A DNA stretch of 64,000 nt from a virus (lineage: Duplodnaviria; Caudoviricetes): IMG/VR virus record IMGVR_UViG_2585428000_000009, positions 25,030-89,029 of that record; one strand, 5' to 3'. The first letter of the stretch is position 1. Each line of letters begins with the position of its first letter. The notes beneath the pieces are model-generated. The model was not told the DNA's origin. It saw nothing but the letters and a program-made list of their open reading frames with translations, and searched no databases. Positions 50,318 through 59,979 of this stretch are shown piece by piece. The translations under genes and the position numbers were made by a program.

Positions 50318-50509
50318 TCAGGTGGTGGCGTCGGCGAGGTCGACGATGGTGGCGCCGGCGGCGTTGGTTTGGACGGACGCGATACCTTTCTTCGCGGCGT
50401 CTTTGCTGGCATAGGCTTGGCTTTGGGCGATGACTTCGCCGTTGCCCGCTTTGAGCCGCCACCGGTACTTGTTCGCGGCGTCGCTGAAGATCTCGAACTT
50501 CCCTGCCAT
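50318..50509 (-). CDS. YegP / DUF1508 family protein
   Basis: FEIF.D...YRWRLKAGNGEVIA.SQ.Y.SK..A..GI.SV..NA. Confidence 0.93.
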   Translation of the reverse strand: MAGKFEIFSDAANKYRWRLKAGNGEVIAQSQAYASKDAAKKGIASVQTNAAGATIVDLADATT

Positions 50510-50580
50510 GACCACTCCGTCTCGTTGCTGGGAAATCGCTACCTCACTACAGGGTAGAGCGAACAGAGCCCCTTCAAGGA

Positions 50581-51297
50581 CTATTCGCCGGACTTGTCCC
50601 TCCCACCAGCCGTCTGCCCGAAGAAGAACCCGAGGATCAGCAGGAAGCCGCTCGACACGATCTCAGGCGCCTCGATGCGCGTGAACATGCCGACGAGCAG
50701 TGCCCCGGTGATCACGACCAGCAGCAGACCGCCGATCAGCACCGCGGCAGGCTCGCGCTCCAAGATCGACTTACGCATCTTCCACTTGCGCTCCGACAAT
50801 TCGACGCGTCGAATCTCCTGAGACTCGACATCTTGCTGCTCTCGCAGCTTCGCATCCAACTCCTCCTGCTGCTTCTGAATCGCAGAAACCATGTCGGATA
50901 GTTCTTTTCGAACCTCAGGATTATCTACCTTCTCCTCCACCGCCCCTTTGATCTCAGCCATCTCGTCTTGCAAAATCTGCGCCGTGACCCGGTGCCTAAT
51001 CGCGTTTCGCCGAAGGACAACGTAGGGGTACACCTGCGAGTAGCTTGTTCGCGACCCGTCGGAGAGAACAAGCTCCTCACCACGCTTCGAACCGCACGTG
51101 CCAATCAGCTCTTCAAGCCGTTTTAGCGCAATCCCCAGCTCCTTGCTTGTCATACCCTCGATATCAGCGCGAACACCGTGGTCCTCCATGAACCGGTTAG
51201 CCCGCGCGGCTGCAATTGGGTTCTTCGGCTGCATGTAGTAGCGAGTTCCAGGGTTCATGAAAACGATGTCGAATTCGGGCTTCTTCTCATCCACCAA
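50581..51297 (-). CDS. Coiled-coil protein with two C-terminal TM helices
   Basis: Helical core, LIGGLLLVVI...LLILGFFFGQ; visibly lower GC. Confidence 0.75.
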   Translation of the reverse strand: MVDEKKPEFDIVFMNPGTRYYMQPKNPIAAARANRFMEDHGVRADIEGMTSKELGIALKRLEELIGTCGSKRGEELVLSDGSRTSYSQVYPYVVLRRNAIRHRVTAQILQDEMAEIKGAVEEKVDNPEVRKELSDMVSAIQKQQEELDAKLREQQDVESQEIRRVELSERKWKMRKSILEREPAAVLIGGLLLVVITGALLVGMFTRIEAPEIVSSGFLLILGFFFGQTAGGRDKSGE

Positions 51298-51467
51298 GCA
51301 ATCCTCCCCACTCGACTTCTACTATCCCCACCTCGGTCGTACCAGTAGGTATGGAGCAGAAGTCATGGCTGCGTGCGCATTTCGCTCGAAGCCTCCCACA
51401 CTCAAGCCCCCTGGCGGTAGCGCCCTGGAGATCCTTTGCCACAAGAGGCAGTTACGGTCGTCGCCGC

Positions 51468-53081
51468 TCATGCAACTGCCTCTACGGAGTGGAGCACGGC
51501 GCGAAGCCGTCGTCCGATCCACTCCCCGACCGCAGGCGAGACGGCGTTGCCGAATCCGTCGCACTGGCTGCGGGCGCTGCCCCACACGATGAAGGTTCCC
51601 TTGTGTCCGGGGAAGTCGGTGTCGAAGCCGCAGCCGCGGCCGACCTCGTGCTTGCCCAGCATCTTGAAGTAGCAGTCTTCAATGGCGATATCGGCCAGAG
51701 CCGGAACCATGTCGGCGCTCAGCATGCCTGGCACTTGCTCGGCCGTCACGGTCGGCATCGGCTCCGAACCGAGCACCGGACGCGTGTTCTTCCGGAACGG
51801 GACCACCCCGGTCACCAAGCCCAGCGTCTCCGACCCGGCCTGCGTCGGCAGCGCCTCATCGACTGGCCGCGGCGCCCCCTGATAGTTGTTGATCGCCGCG
51901 AACAGCAACGCCCGTTCATGCGTGGACGTGATCGTGTCCATCGGGCGCGTGAGGTGCTGACCGTCGCCGTTGTGGCGGTGAGCGAACATCACCATCCCGG
52001 TCGACAGCAAGGCCGCTTCCTGCTGGCTGGTCTGCGTAGCCATGGGCTGATGTAGCAGCTTCTCCGTGCCGTGCACGGACTTGGCGGGCATCAGCACGGC
52101 CGGGAATTCGGCGAATCGCTTCCGGCAGCGCTCGATCCGGGCCATCGTCGACGGCAGCAACGGCTTGGCCCGGTCACCGATCCGCGTACCCAGGTTCGTC
52201 AGGTCCAGCGCGTACAGCGACGGAGTCATAGGCGGCACAACCTCCCGACGACACCGCGGGCACCGGTAGTTGTATTGCGTTCCGTACCTAACGGTGCCGC
52301 TCGCTGGAATGCCCGTCTTCCACGACCACACCGCAGGAACTACCTCGTCACACGACGCGCACCACGACGGCGGCCGATGCTCCAGATCCGGGGCGGGCAC
52401 ATGACGCAGCCAGAACACGATGTAGATCCGATCCCTACTCTGCGGTACACCGAAGAACATCGAGTTCAGATACAGAACCCGGTACCGGTAGCCCTCGTTC
52501 TCCAGTTGCTTCAGCCAGTACCGGTACGTGGACCCATCCCCCACTTTCGTCCGGCCCGGCAGCGCAGGCCCCCAGGACGTCAGCTCGGTGGTGCACTCGA
52601 TCAGCATCATCAGCGGGTGGTGCCGCTGCGCGTAATGAAGTACGCAATTCGCTGTCGCCCGATCACGCTCCGAGCGAGTAACGCGCGCATCGAAATCCGG
52701 GTCTTCCAGATCGAACAGCGACAAGCCCTGCTCGTACGCCTTCTGCGTATTCGCGATCGTATGGTTCGTGCAGGTCACGCCCGCCACGAGAATGTCGCCG
52801 GCGGGCAGATCCCGCGCCGAATGATAGTCCGACGACTCCGGATTGATCAGGTCCGCGATCCAGTGTTCGGCGTGCGGATGGTTGGCTTCGTGGACCTCGA
52901 CTTTGTAGGTGTTGTGGTTCGCCGCCATGATCGTGGTGAACCCTGCCGCCTCAATGCCCTGAGTCAGGCCGCCGAAGCCGGAGAACAGGTCGACGGCGAC
53001 GAGGTCGTCATGCCGATACCGCCGTTGCCGGGTCGCGGGCCGATGCGTAGCAACGCGCCGAATCTGCGTGGGTTTGCTCAT
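51468..53081 (-). CDS. C5 cytosine DNA methyltransferase (divergent motifs)
   Basis: VDLFSGFGG, GVPQSRDRIY, GNAV; motif IV reads GVTC and motif VI reads IECT. Confidence 0.9.
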   Translation of the reverse strand: MSKPTQIRRVATHRPATRQRRYRHDDLVAVDLFSGFGGLTQGIEAAGFTTIMAANHNTYKVEVHEANHPHAEHWIADLINPESSDYHSARDLPAGDILVAGVTCTNHTIANTQKAYEQGLSLFDLEDPDFDARVTRSERDRATANCVLHYAQRHHPLMMLIECTTELTSWGPALPGRTKVGDGSTYRYWLKQLENEGYRYRVLYLNSMFFGVPQSRDRIYIVFWLRHVPAPDLEHRPPSWCASCDEVVPAVWSWKTGIPASGTVRYGTQYNYRCPRCRREVVPPMTPSLYALDLTNLGTRIGDRAKPLLPSTMARIERCRKRFAEFPAVLMPAKSVHGTEKLLHQPMATQTSQQEAALLSTGMVMFAHRHNGDGQHLTRPMDTITSTHERALLFAAINNYQGAPRPVDEALPTQAGSETLGLVTGVVPFRKNTRPVLGSEPMPTVTAEQVPGMLSADMVPALADIAIEDCYFKMLGKHEVGRGCGFDTDFPGHKGTFIVWGSARSQCDGFGNAVSPAVGEWIGRRLRAVLHSVEAVA

Positions 53082-53334
53082 CTGTCCGACACCTCCACCG
53101 AACCGGCACACGCATCGGCGACCGTGGAACTCTCACCGACTGCCAGAATCGCCCGCACAAACGTTCGAAACCCTCGAACCGATACCAACCCACCCAAAGC
53201 CAGCAAACGACGCCCAGCGTTCAAACCAGATGCCACTACGGGCGTCTCGCGAACGGATAGGCCGCCAGCAAACACAGGGAGGGTCGGATCAAACTGCGTC
53301 GCAGCCATCCGGACCATGGTCCGTTTATGTGTTG

Positions 53335-53760
53335 TCATGCGATTCTGCGTCCGTTGCGTCGTTGTGGTGGGTGGGCTACGGGTCGGCCGAGGAGTCGGCT
53401 GATGTGTGGTGCGGCTTTTTGCTGGTTGTCGGTGTCGGTGCAGAATTCGCCGGCGGGTGCTCCGCAGTCGGTGCAGGGGTCGTTGAGTGCGCCTGTCACC
53501 GTGTAAGCCCCGGTGCGTGCTCGTCGCATGGGGTGTTGTGTGGTTGTGCGGGCGGGGATTTGGGCGGCGAGTTCGAGGATGGCTTCGGGTGTGCAGCGCC
53601 AGGGGTTCACTTTGTGGTGAATGGCGACGGCTTCCCGGGCGATGGCGGGGTCGAGGTGGCCGATGTGGTGGTGCCAGTGGGTGATGGTGTCGGCGTCGAT
53701 GGCGCGCTGGTCGTATTCGGCTATGTAGGCGAGGATCTGGGCGGTGTCGGCGCGGTTCAT
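53335..53760 (-). CDS. Replication accessory protein (helicase loader/inhibitor-like + Zn finger)
   Basis: IL......DQR......W......D...A..AV..H; CTDCGA..GE.C. Confidence 0.6.
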   Translation of the reverse strand: MNRADTAQILAYIAEYDQRAIDADTITHWHHHIGHLDPAIAREAVAIHHKVNPWRCTPEAILELAAQIPARTTTQHPMRRARTGAYTVTGALNDPCTDCGAPAGEFCTDTDNQQKAAPHISRLLGRPVAHPPQRRNGRRIA

Positions 53761-54284
53761 GACGGGATGGCTTTCTGGTCCGCTACGCGGGTAAGGAGGC
53801 GATGGAACGGGTTGATGCGTGGGTCGACGGGGGCGGCTGCGAGTTCGGCTCGGGCGGCGAGGCGCTGGTTGAGTTCGTCGCGCTGCTCGCGGGTGAGGTC
53901 GATGTCGGGTGTGTGTCCGAGTGCGAGAGCGCGGGTGTAGTGGTGGGCTTGGTTGGGGGTGAATCCCATGTCTTGGAGGACGTGGCAGGCGTCGTCCATG
54001 CGGCGGCGTCTATCCGCGGGGATGTTGTTCAGCCGCTCCTGGCGCGCGTTCTTGGCGGCACGGATGACGTCGGCGGGCATGGGCCGGAAGTCGCCGCCGC
54101 TGGCGTTGAGTGCCAGGTGCAGCACGCCCGCGCGGATTTCGTCTTCGGTGAGGCCGGAGTGGGCGAAGGTGTCGGCCCAGGACAGGACCGTGGTGTCGCC
54201 TGCGTTGGGGAAGTAGAGCTGGTCGCCGGAGAACTTGCCGAGTGCGTATCCGGCGACGGCGATGAAGTCTTCGGTGTTGTTCAT
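53757..54284 (-). CDS. Replication accessory protein
   Basis: Coupled to initiator; RPMPADVI.AA motif. Confidence 0.6.
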   Translation of the reverse strand: MNNTEDFIAVAGYALGKFSGDQLYFPNAGDTTVLSWADTFAHSGLTEDEIRAGVLHLALNASGGDFRPMPADVIRAAKNARQERLNNIPADRRRRMDDACHVLQDMGFTPNQAHHYTRALALGHTPDIDLTREQRDELNQRLAARAELAAAPVDPRINPFHRLLTRVADQKAIPS

Positions 54285-55363
54285 GCGACACCTGTTTCGC
54301 GGGATCGGTGGTCGTCGACGTCGCCATCGATGACGTTCAGGAGCGGGCTTTGCTGTGGGGGCTGGTTTCGTTCGCGGAGAAGGCGTTCGGTTCGGGCGGC
54401 GAGGTCCATGAGCTTCTGGTCGGCTTTCGGAATGTTGTTGTTCGCGCGTGGTTTGGCTCGCCCGAGCCAGGTGTGGAAGGCGGCGTTCCAGTCGACTTGT
54501 GTGCGGCCGTTAGCGAGGGCGTGGTGCCGGAACTGATCGGCTTCGTGATCGAGGTCGATACCTGACCGGTTCGCCTTGTGGCGGTGCGCGTCGTTGGGTT
54601 GCCAGTCGCTGGGGATCGTGGTCGATTCGCGCGCGCCGGGTCGGCTCGTGGTGGCGGGGATGTCCGCCGCAGCGACAGCCCGCGCTTGCGCGGGCTGTGG
54701 CTGCGGGTTGTAGGTATGCGGGTTGCTGTATGCGGTATGCAGGTAGGAAGTGGACCGATCCGCATTACCAATGTGATTGGTATCGGGATCGGTGATCTGG
54801 ACCGGATCGCTATCACCAATCGCGACCGGATCGGCATTACCAATCTGATTACCAATCTGATTGGTAATCCGGTTGGTGTAACCAACCGAGTCGAGGCCCG
54901 GTTTGGCGAGGAGCCGCGCCAACGGCTCGCCCGAGATCTGCGACGACCACGACGAGTACTCCGGGTGTTCGCAGTGCACGCGGACGACTTCGGTGACGAC
55001 GGCCGCCCGCAGGGTCCGCGAGGCGACGGAACCGTAGGCTTTGACGACTGACACACCCATTTTCGGGTTGCGGAGCAGTTCATCGCTGCGTATGAAGGCG
55101 CGCACTAGCGCTTCTTCGGTGTCGGGATCGAACAAGACGAACCGCCCCTGCTCAAGCTCGGTCGCCGCGGTGTCGATCGCGGCGCGGCTCCATCCGGCGG
55201 CCCGGGTGGTGAGGCGTGCTGGACGCCAGTCGACGCGTCCGCAGTAGGACATGCTGGGGTCGGTCGCGAGCACGAAATAGAGGTGCTGCGCGGCGGGGCT
55301 CAGGTCGAGGAAGTCGTCGTCTTCCCAGATGCTCAACTGAAAGCGAGCGTATTCACGTGGCAT
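54281..55363 (-). CDS. Replication initiator (RepA-like)
   Basis: REYAR...SIW.D.DF.DLS..AQ.LYF.L; C-terminal IP.DW.P...DW.AAF..W; internal iterons. Confidence 0.85.
   Translation of the reverse strand: MPREYARFQLSIWEDDDFLDLSPAAQHLYFVLATDPSMSYCGRVDWRPARLTTRAAGWSRAAIDTAATELEQGRFVLFDPDTEEALVRAFIRSDELLRNPKMGVSVVKAYGSVASRTLRAAVVTEVVRVHCEHPEYSSWSSQISGEPLARLLAKPGLDSVGYTNRITNQIGNQIGNADPVAIGDSDPVQITDPDTNHIGNADRSTSYLHTAYSNPHTYNPQPQPAQARAVAAADIPATTSRPGARESTTIPSDWQPNDAHRHKANRSGIDLDHEADQFRHHALANGRTQVDWNAAFHTWLGRAKPRANNNIPKADQKLMDLAARTERLLRERNQPPQQSPLLNVIDGDVDDHRSRETGVA
54752..54888. repeat. Iterons / probable replication origin
   Basis: ATTACCAAT at 54764, 54836 and 54848, inverted at 54860; GACCGGATCG x2; CGGTTGGTGTAACCAACCG palindrome. 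Confidence 0.8.
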
Positions 55364-55406
55364 TTGTGTGCCCTCTCGCCGTCGTGCGGCTGGTAGATGA
55401 GGCGGG

Positions 55407-56000
55407 TTAGACGGTTCCGTGCTTCTCGCCGGTACGCCGCGGGCGCGTGTCGGGGTGGTCGATGTCGCGGCCGTACCAGGCGAGCGGGGCTGCGAGCCCG
55501 CGGTTGCGGGCGCGGACCATGGTGTTGCGGCCTGGTCCGGGTGTGCCGGACAGTTCGTTGTAGAGGTCCCGGATCGCCGCCCAGGTCGCGTATCGGATGC
55601 GGGGTTGTTTGATCATTTGCTGGAGGCGGACGCGGCCGTAGATCCCGAGTCGTTCGGCGAGGTATTCCGACTGCCAGCCGAGCGCGTTCAACGCTTCGAT
55701 GCGGCGGCGAGCACCGACCGCGAGGGCGAACCACTGGCCGGGGCGAGGGTGGTGGTCGACGGCTCGTATCCGTCGCGCGAGATCAGCCTTGACGCGAGGG
55801 AAGGCACCCTGGTTGATGTAGGTGATGGCTTGTCCGGAGCAGCCTGCGGCTTGCCCGATCATGCCGACAGTCATGCCCCAGCTCATAAGTAGCGCGATGT
55901 GTTCACGGACGGGCTCCGGGTCGGTGTAGACCTCGATGTTGTTCGCGCGCCGCCACCTGTGCAGCTTCTGTTGGCGGCTGCGGACCGTGAGACCGCTCAT
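55407..56000 (-). CDS. HTH DNA-binding protein (paralog 1)
   Basis: PVREH..L...G.T...I..AAG; GARRRI.AL.ALG; DIDHPD. Confidence 0.75.
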   Translation of the reverse strand: MSGLTVRSRQQKLHRWRRANNIEVYTDPEPVREHIALLMSWGMTVGMIGQAAGCSGQAITYINQGAFPRVKADLARRIRAVDHHPRPGQWFALAVGARRRIEALNALGWQSEYLAERLGIYGRVRLQQMIKQPRIRYATWAAIRDLYNELSGTPGPGRNTMVRARNRGLAAPLAWYGRDIDHPDTRPRRTGEKHGTV

Positions 56001-56812
56001 GCTGCCGCCTGGTCGCGGAGCTTCTTGCGGTGCCGGACGAGCGCACGGTCCCCGGCCTCCTTCTTGAGGTTCAACAGGCGGGCGACATGGCTTCCGCTCC
56101 AGCCTTTTTCGACGGCGATGTTGAGGACGGCGAGCCGTTCGGGAGCTGGGACTTTTCCGGCGTATTCGCCCGCGAGGACGCGTTCGAGAAGTACGGCGTC
56201 GATGTCGCCGACTTCGCTGTCGGTGCCGACGGCCGGTTGTTGGTCGGGATGGTCGATGTCGAGCCCGTACCAGGCCATCGGGGTTACGAATCCCCGGTTA
56301 CGGGCCTTTGTCGCGGTCAGTGACGAAGGGCCGACAGTGGCATTGAGGCGTTCATACAGTTCGGCGACTCGGAGCCAGTTCCGGCCTTGTATCTGGCGGA
56401 CTTGGGTGAATCGGTGAAAGGACTCTTTAGGGAGCGACAATTCCGCGCTGAGGTGGGCGTAGGTGTAACCCAGTGCCTGAAGAGCGCGGATTCGTCGGGC
56501 AGCGCCGAACGCGGGGACGAACAAGTCGGCTTGTGCGGGGACTGGGACATGAGTTACCTGCTTGAGGCGGGAGGCGTGCTCGATGCGCGTCTGGCTGTAT
56601 GTCCCGTTACGGACCAGCCATACCGAACGTTGCGGCAGTCCTGCCGCGGCGCCGATGGAGCCGTCGGTAAACCCGATCTCCCACAGCCATGTCACGTGTT
56701 CGCGGATCGGGCGTGAGTCGACGAGCCCCGGAATTCCGTGAGCGGCCCGGATCTTCCGGAGTTTTCGGCTCTTGTAGTCGCCGAGCACGGGCACTTTTGT
56801 ACGACGCGTCAC
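55997..56812 (-). CDS. HTH DNA-binding protein (paralog 2)
   Basis: PIREHV..L...G.T...I.AAAG; GAARRI.AL.ALG; DIDHPD. Confidence 0.75.
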   Translation of the reverse strand: MTRRTKVPVLGDYKSRKLRKIRAAHGIPGLVDSRPIREHVTWLWEIGFTDGSIGAAAGLPQRSVWLVRNGTYSQTRIEHASRLKQVTHVPVPAQADLFVPAFGAARRIRALQALGYTYAHLSAELSLPKESFHRFTQVRQIQGRNWLRVAELYERLNATVGPSSLTATKARNRGFVTPMAWYGLDIDHPDQQPAVGTDSEVGDIDAVLLERVLAGEYAGKVPAPERLAVLNIAVEKGWSGSHVARLLNLKKEAGDRALVRHRKKLRDQAAA

Positions 56813-57231
56813 GCTACGGCCTCGCTGATGGCTTTGTTGACGGCGGTGCCGGACATGCTGAGGGCGTCGGCGATTCGGCCGCTACCCCATCCGTAGGTGC
56901 CGTGCAGGGTGCGGGCGTAGGCGGGTTTGTCTTTCGCCAGCGGCGGCGTGCAGGGTTCGCCATCGACGATGCGTTCCAGAAGTGCCGGGTCGATGGCGGG
57001 TTTGTAGACGGCGTCGGCGTCGGCGACGGTCGTGCTAGTGATGATCGCGGCGATGTCGGGGTCGGCGAAGCTGGTGTTGCCGTTGACGATTCGCCCCAAC
57101 GTGGTCGTGTTGACGCCGGTCAGCTTGTGCAGCTGATAGAGGGAGTACTTGGCGTCGAGGAATTCGCGGATGCGCTTGCGGACGGGTGCTGCGTCGACGA
57201 AGCCGCGGGAGACGAGATGCTGTGTGGTCAT
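56809..57231 (-). CDS. HTH DNA-binding protein (truncated paralog 3)
   Basis: VDAAPVR..I; ID..LLER..G shared with paralog 2. Confidence 0.65.
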   Translation of the reverse strand: MTTQHLVSRGFVDAAPVRKRIREFLDAKYSLYQLHKLTGVNTTTLGRIVNGNTSFADPDIAAIITSTTVADADAVYKPAIDPALLERIVDGEPCTPPLAKDKPAYARTLHGTYGWGSGRIADALSMSGTAVNKAISEAVA

Positions 57232-57917
57232 GCTGCGTGGGCTTTCGGTGTGTAGAGGGGCCACGAGGTCTGCACGTCGGTGAACGGTTTGTCGTGGCGG
57301 CGGAGGTAGTCGATGAAGCTGTATGCCTGCTCGCGGTACCAGTCGGCTTGCGCGGCCATCAGCTCGCCCGGGGTGTAGTCGGCGAGTGCGGGGTAGACGC
57401 GCGGGAGTTTCCAGGCGAGGCGGGCGGCAGCGTGAGCGTCGGATTGGGCGTCGTGAGCGTCATCCAGCCGCATCCCGTAATGAATCATCACCGCTGACAA
57501 CTTCCGAGAACCCTTCCGCCAACGGTCGTAGTGCTTATCGAGAACGAAGGGGTCCACGATCAGGCCAGATGGGATGAAAGTCTGATCATGCGCTGCCAGG
57601 AGTGTGGCGTCGAACCCTGCGTTGTATATGCACAGGGCGCGTTCTTCATCGAACACAGCCCGTACCTCTGCGGATACCTCGGCTACCACCTGGTCGTGCG
57701 GCTTCCCATGCTTCGCAACGTATTCATCGGTGTAGCCATGGATCGCGGTTGCTTCCTGCGGAATTGGCACGCCAGGGTCTGCGATCCAATTACGCACCTG
57801 GACGTCCCGGCCGACGACTCGAAGGAGGCAGGCGGTGACTATCCGCGCGGTGAGCGGATCGGCGGAGGTTGTTTCGAAATCGAGCGCAGCCAAGGGCATT
57901 TCTGTCCAGGAACTCAT
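57228..57917 (-). CDS. DnaQ-like (DEDDh) 3'-5' exonuclease
   Basis: LDFETT, YNA.FD, AHDA.SD. Confidence 0.93.
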   Translation of the reverse strand: MSSWTEMPLAALDFETTSADPLTARIVTACLLRVVGRDVQVRNWIADPGVPIPQEATAIHGYTDEYVAKHGKPHDQVVAEVSAEVRAVFDEERALCIYNAGFDATLLAAHDQTFIPSGLIVDPFVLDKHYDRWRKGSRKLSAVMIHYGMRLDDAHDAQSDAHAAARLAWKLPRVYPALADYTPGELMAAQADWYREQAYSFIDYLRRHDKPFTDVQTSWPLYTPKAHAA

Positions 57918-58891
57918 GACTCTGAATACCCCGTCCTTTTTCGCGCGTGACGCCTTCGCTCGGACTCGCGATGACAAGTTCGGCATCGTCGGCCGCCGCG
58001 CCTTTTATCCGTGTTTTTCTCGTCGTACGGATGCCCCTGTGGGCAGCGCGTTTTCGCACGGTTAGCGTTGCCGGTGCTGTGTCGTTGCGCAGCGGCTTGT
58101 TCCTTTAGGCAGGTGCGACACCTTCGAACGCCCCGGACAAGCCGAGTGTTCGCTTCGGAGAACTCGTGGCCGCGTTTACAGCGCGACTTCAGCCGCTTGT
58201 TTTGTGCCTGTTCGTGCGCTGTAGCCCATCGACAGTTGTCCGGCGAGTACGGACCGTCGTTGTCGACGCGATCGATGCTCGCGCCGTCCGGGCGTTCTCC
58301 CATGTCGGTCACGAAGGCCCAGAAGTCGTTGCGCCATCGATCACATACATAGATGCCGCGTGCACCGTAATTGTGGTATGCGGAGGACGTCTCCAAGTGG
58401 CACCGAGCCTTCATCGACTGCCATACCCGATACAATGGGTGCGAGACCATACCGCCTTTCCAGTTCACGGCACGCTCACCGATCGCTTTCGGAGCGGCCT
58501 CCAGATGATCTGGTGCTGCGCATAGCGGATTCCCGCATGTCGAACGCACTTCCAGACCGTCTGCTACTGGTCCGACAAAGCACTCAAATGCCGCTCGCTG
58601 AACCGGAACCGAACGCACACCCCGATTCCCGATGCGCGGGCTCCCTTGACCATTGACAAACCCAGTCCATACGAGACAACCCGTGCCAGAGTCGACGACG
58701 AGCTTTGCGCGTAGCCGTTCTTCCAGCGTTGGAGTGACATACCGACGCGCGCATGCCCGGTCGCAGAACCGCTTCCTATCGGATGGCCTTTCGACGGAAA
58801 ACTCGGCACCACAGTAGAAGCACTGGCGATCCACCACTCGCGGAATCGGCGGTACCGGGCGGAGCGCTGTCTTGCGGACGGTCTGGTTCAT
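57914..58891 (-). CDS. Multi-domain HNH endonuclease
   Basis: GCLVWTG...CGNPLC..P.HL, YGARGI.VC.RW, SIDR.DNDG.Y.P.NCRWAT; CxxGH repeats. Confidence 0.88.
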   Translation of the reverse strand: MNQTVRKTALRPVPPIPRVVDRQCFYCGAEFSVERPSDRKRFCDRACARRYVTPTLEERLRAKLVVDSGTGCLVWTGFVNGQGSPRIGNRGVRSVPVQRAAFECFVGPVADGLEVRSTCGNPLCAAPDHLEAAPKAIGERAVNWKGGMVSHPLYRVWQSMKARCHLETSSAYHNYGARGIYVCDRWRNDFWAFVTDMGERPDGASIDRVDNDGPYSPDNCRWATAHEQAQNKRLKSRCKRGHEFSEANTRLVRGVRRCRTCLKEQAAAQRHSTGNANRAKTRCPQGHPYDEKNTDKRRGGRRCRTCHRESERRRHARKRTGYSES

Positions 58892-59109
58892 TCGCGGTGC
58901 CCTTCCGCTTCGAGGACCGATTCGCCTTCGGCCATGTAGACGGCCCTGAAACCTTCGTGGTCGTTTGCATAGCGGAGCGCTTTCAGTTCGGACTCCTCGG
59001 AGTTGCCGAAGTAGCGGGTTTCGTAGGCGTCGCCGCCTTCCCCGGCCCGCTCCCCCGCGACGGGGTAAGCGAGCCAGGCACCCTTGTCGAGTCGAGTGGT
59101 GGCCACCGA

Positions 59110-59979
59110 TCACGCCTCCGGGTCGGGCGGGAACATGCCGCCGTCGGACCGCTCGGCTGGCATGTCCTGGATCGGCTCCGTGTCGACGGTTTCGCTGTCG
59201 ATGACGGTGGGGTCGACGTGAATGGGGTGGTCGATGGCGTCGGGTGAGAGGTCGACTCGGATTGCTTCGTCGGCTTCGATGGCACGTGCGAAGTCGGTGG
59301 ACTTCGGCATCCACTTCGACAGTTGGCGCACAGTGGTTTTCAGCGCCATGCCTTCGAAGTTGTCGACCCATGGGCCGAAGATTTCGCCCTTGGCGTTGCG
59401 GGCCTTGGCGTGCAGCTGCCGGTATTCGATCATCTCGTCGTAGGTCATGACCCAGAAGGCATGGCCGCCGGTCGTGAACTTCGCGATGGCGTAGAAGGCG
59501 ACCATGTCACCGCGCGTGCCCTTCAACGCTGGCTTGTGGACGAGGTTGTCGGCGAGGCCGTAGTCGACATCGAAGACATCGTTCTCGTAGACGGTGCGCG
59601 CGATGAGGGACGAGATCTTGCCGGAGCGGTGCGCCAACTCGACGAGACCCTGATAGCCGATGACGAGTTGGGCTTTGTAGCCGCGGCCCTTGCCGTCCCA
59701 GAACGGGAGCAGCCAAGCATGACCGAGAACGCCGGGACGAAGCCCGAGCTGGGCGCAGGTCATGAGGCTTCCAAGAACGCTGACCTGTTCACACTGGGCG
59801 AGCTTCGGGTTCTGCTTGAGGCAGGTGATCGCGTCGCGGACAAGCTGCGCGGCTTCCATGCCTCGGGGCATCGCCATCGCGAACTGCTGCTCCATGCGCT
59901 CGATGTTCGAGCGCAGATCGTCCTTCTTCGCGGGTGCGTTCTGGTTGGCTTCGATGCGGTCGACAAGGTTGCGGGCCAT
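59110..59979 (-). CDS. recT: RecT single-strand annealing protein
   Basis: [35 protein letters not shown]. Confidence 0.95.
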   Translation of the reverse strand: MARNLVDRIEANQNAPAKKDDLRSNIERMEQQFAMAMPRGMEAAQLVRDAITCLKQNPKLAQCEQVSVLGSLMTCAQLGLRPGVLGHAWLLPFWDGKGRGYKAQLVIGYQGLVELAHRSGKISSLIARTVYENDVFDVDYGLADNLVHKPALKGTRGDMVAFYAIAKFTTGGHAFWVMTYDEMIEYRQLHAKARNAKGEIFGPWVDNFEGMALKTTVRQLSKWMPKSTDFARAIEADEAIRVDLSPDAIDHPIHVDPTVIDSETVDTEPIQDMPAERSDGGMFPPDPEA

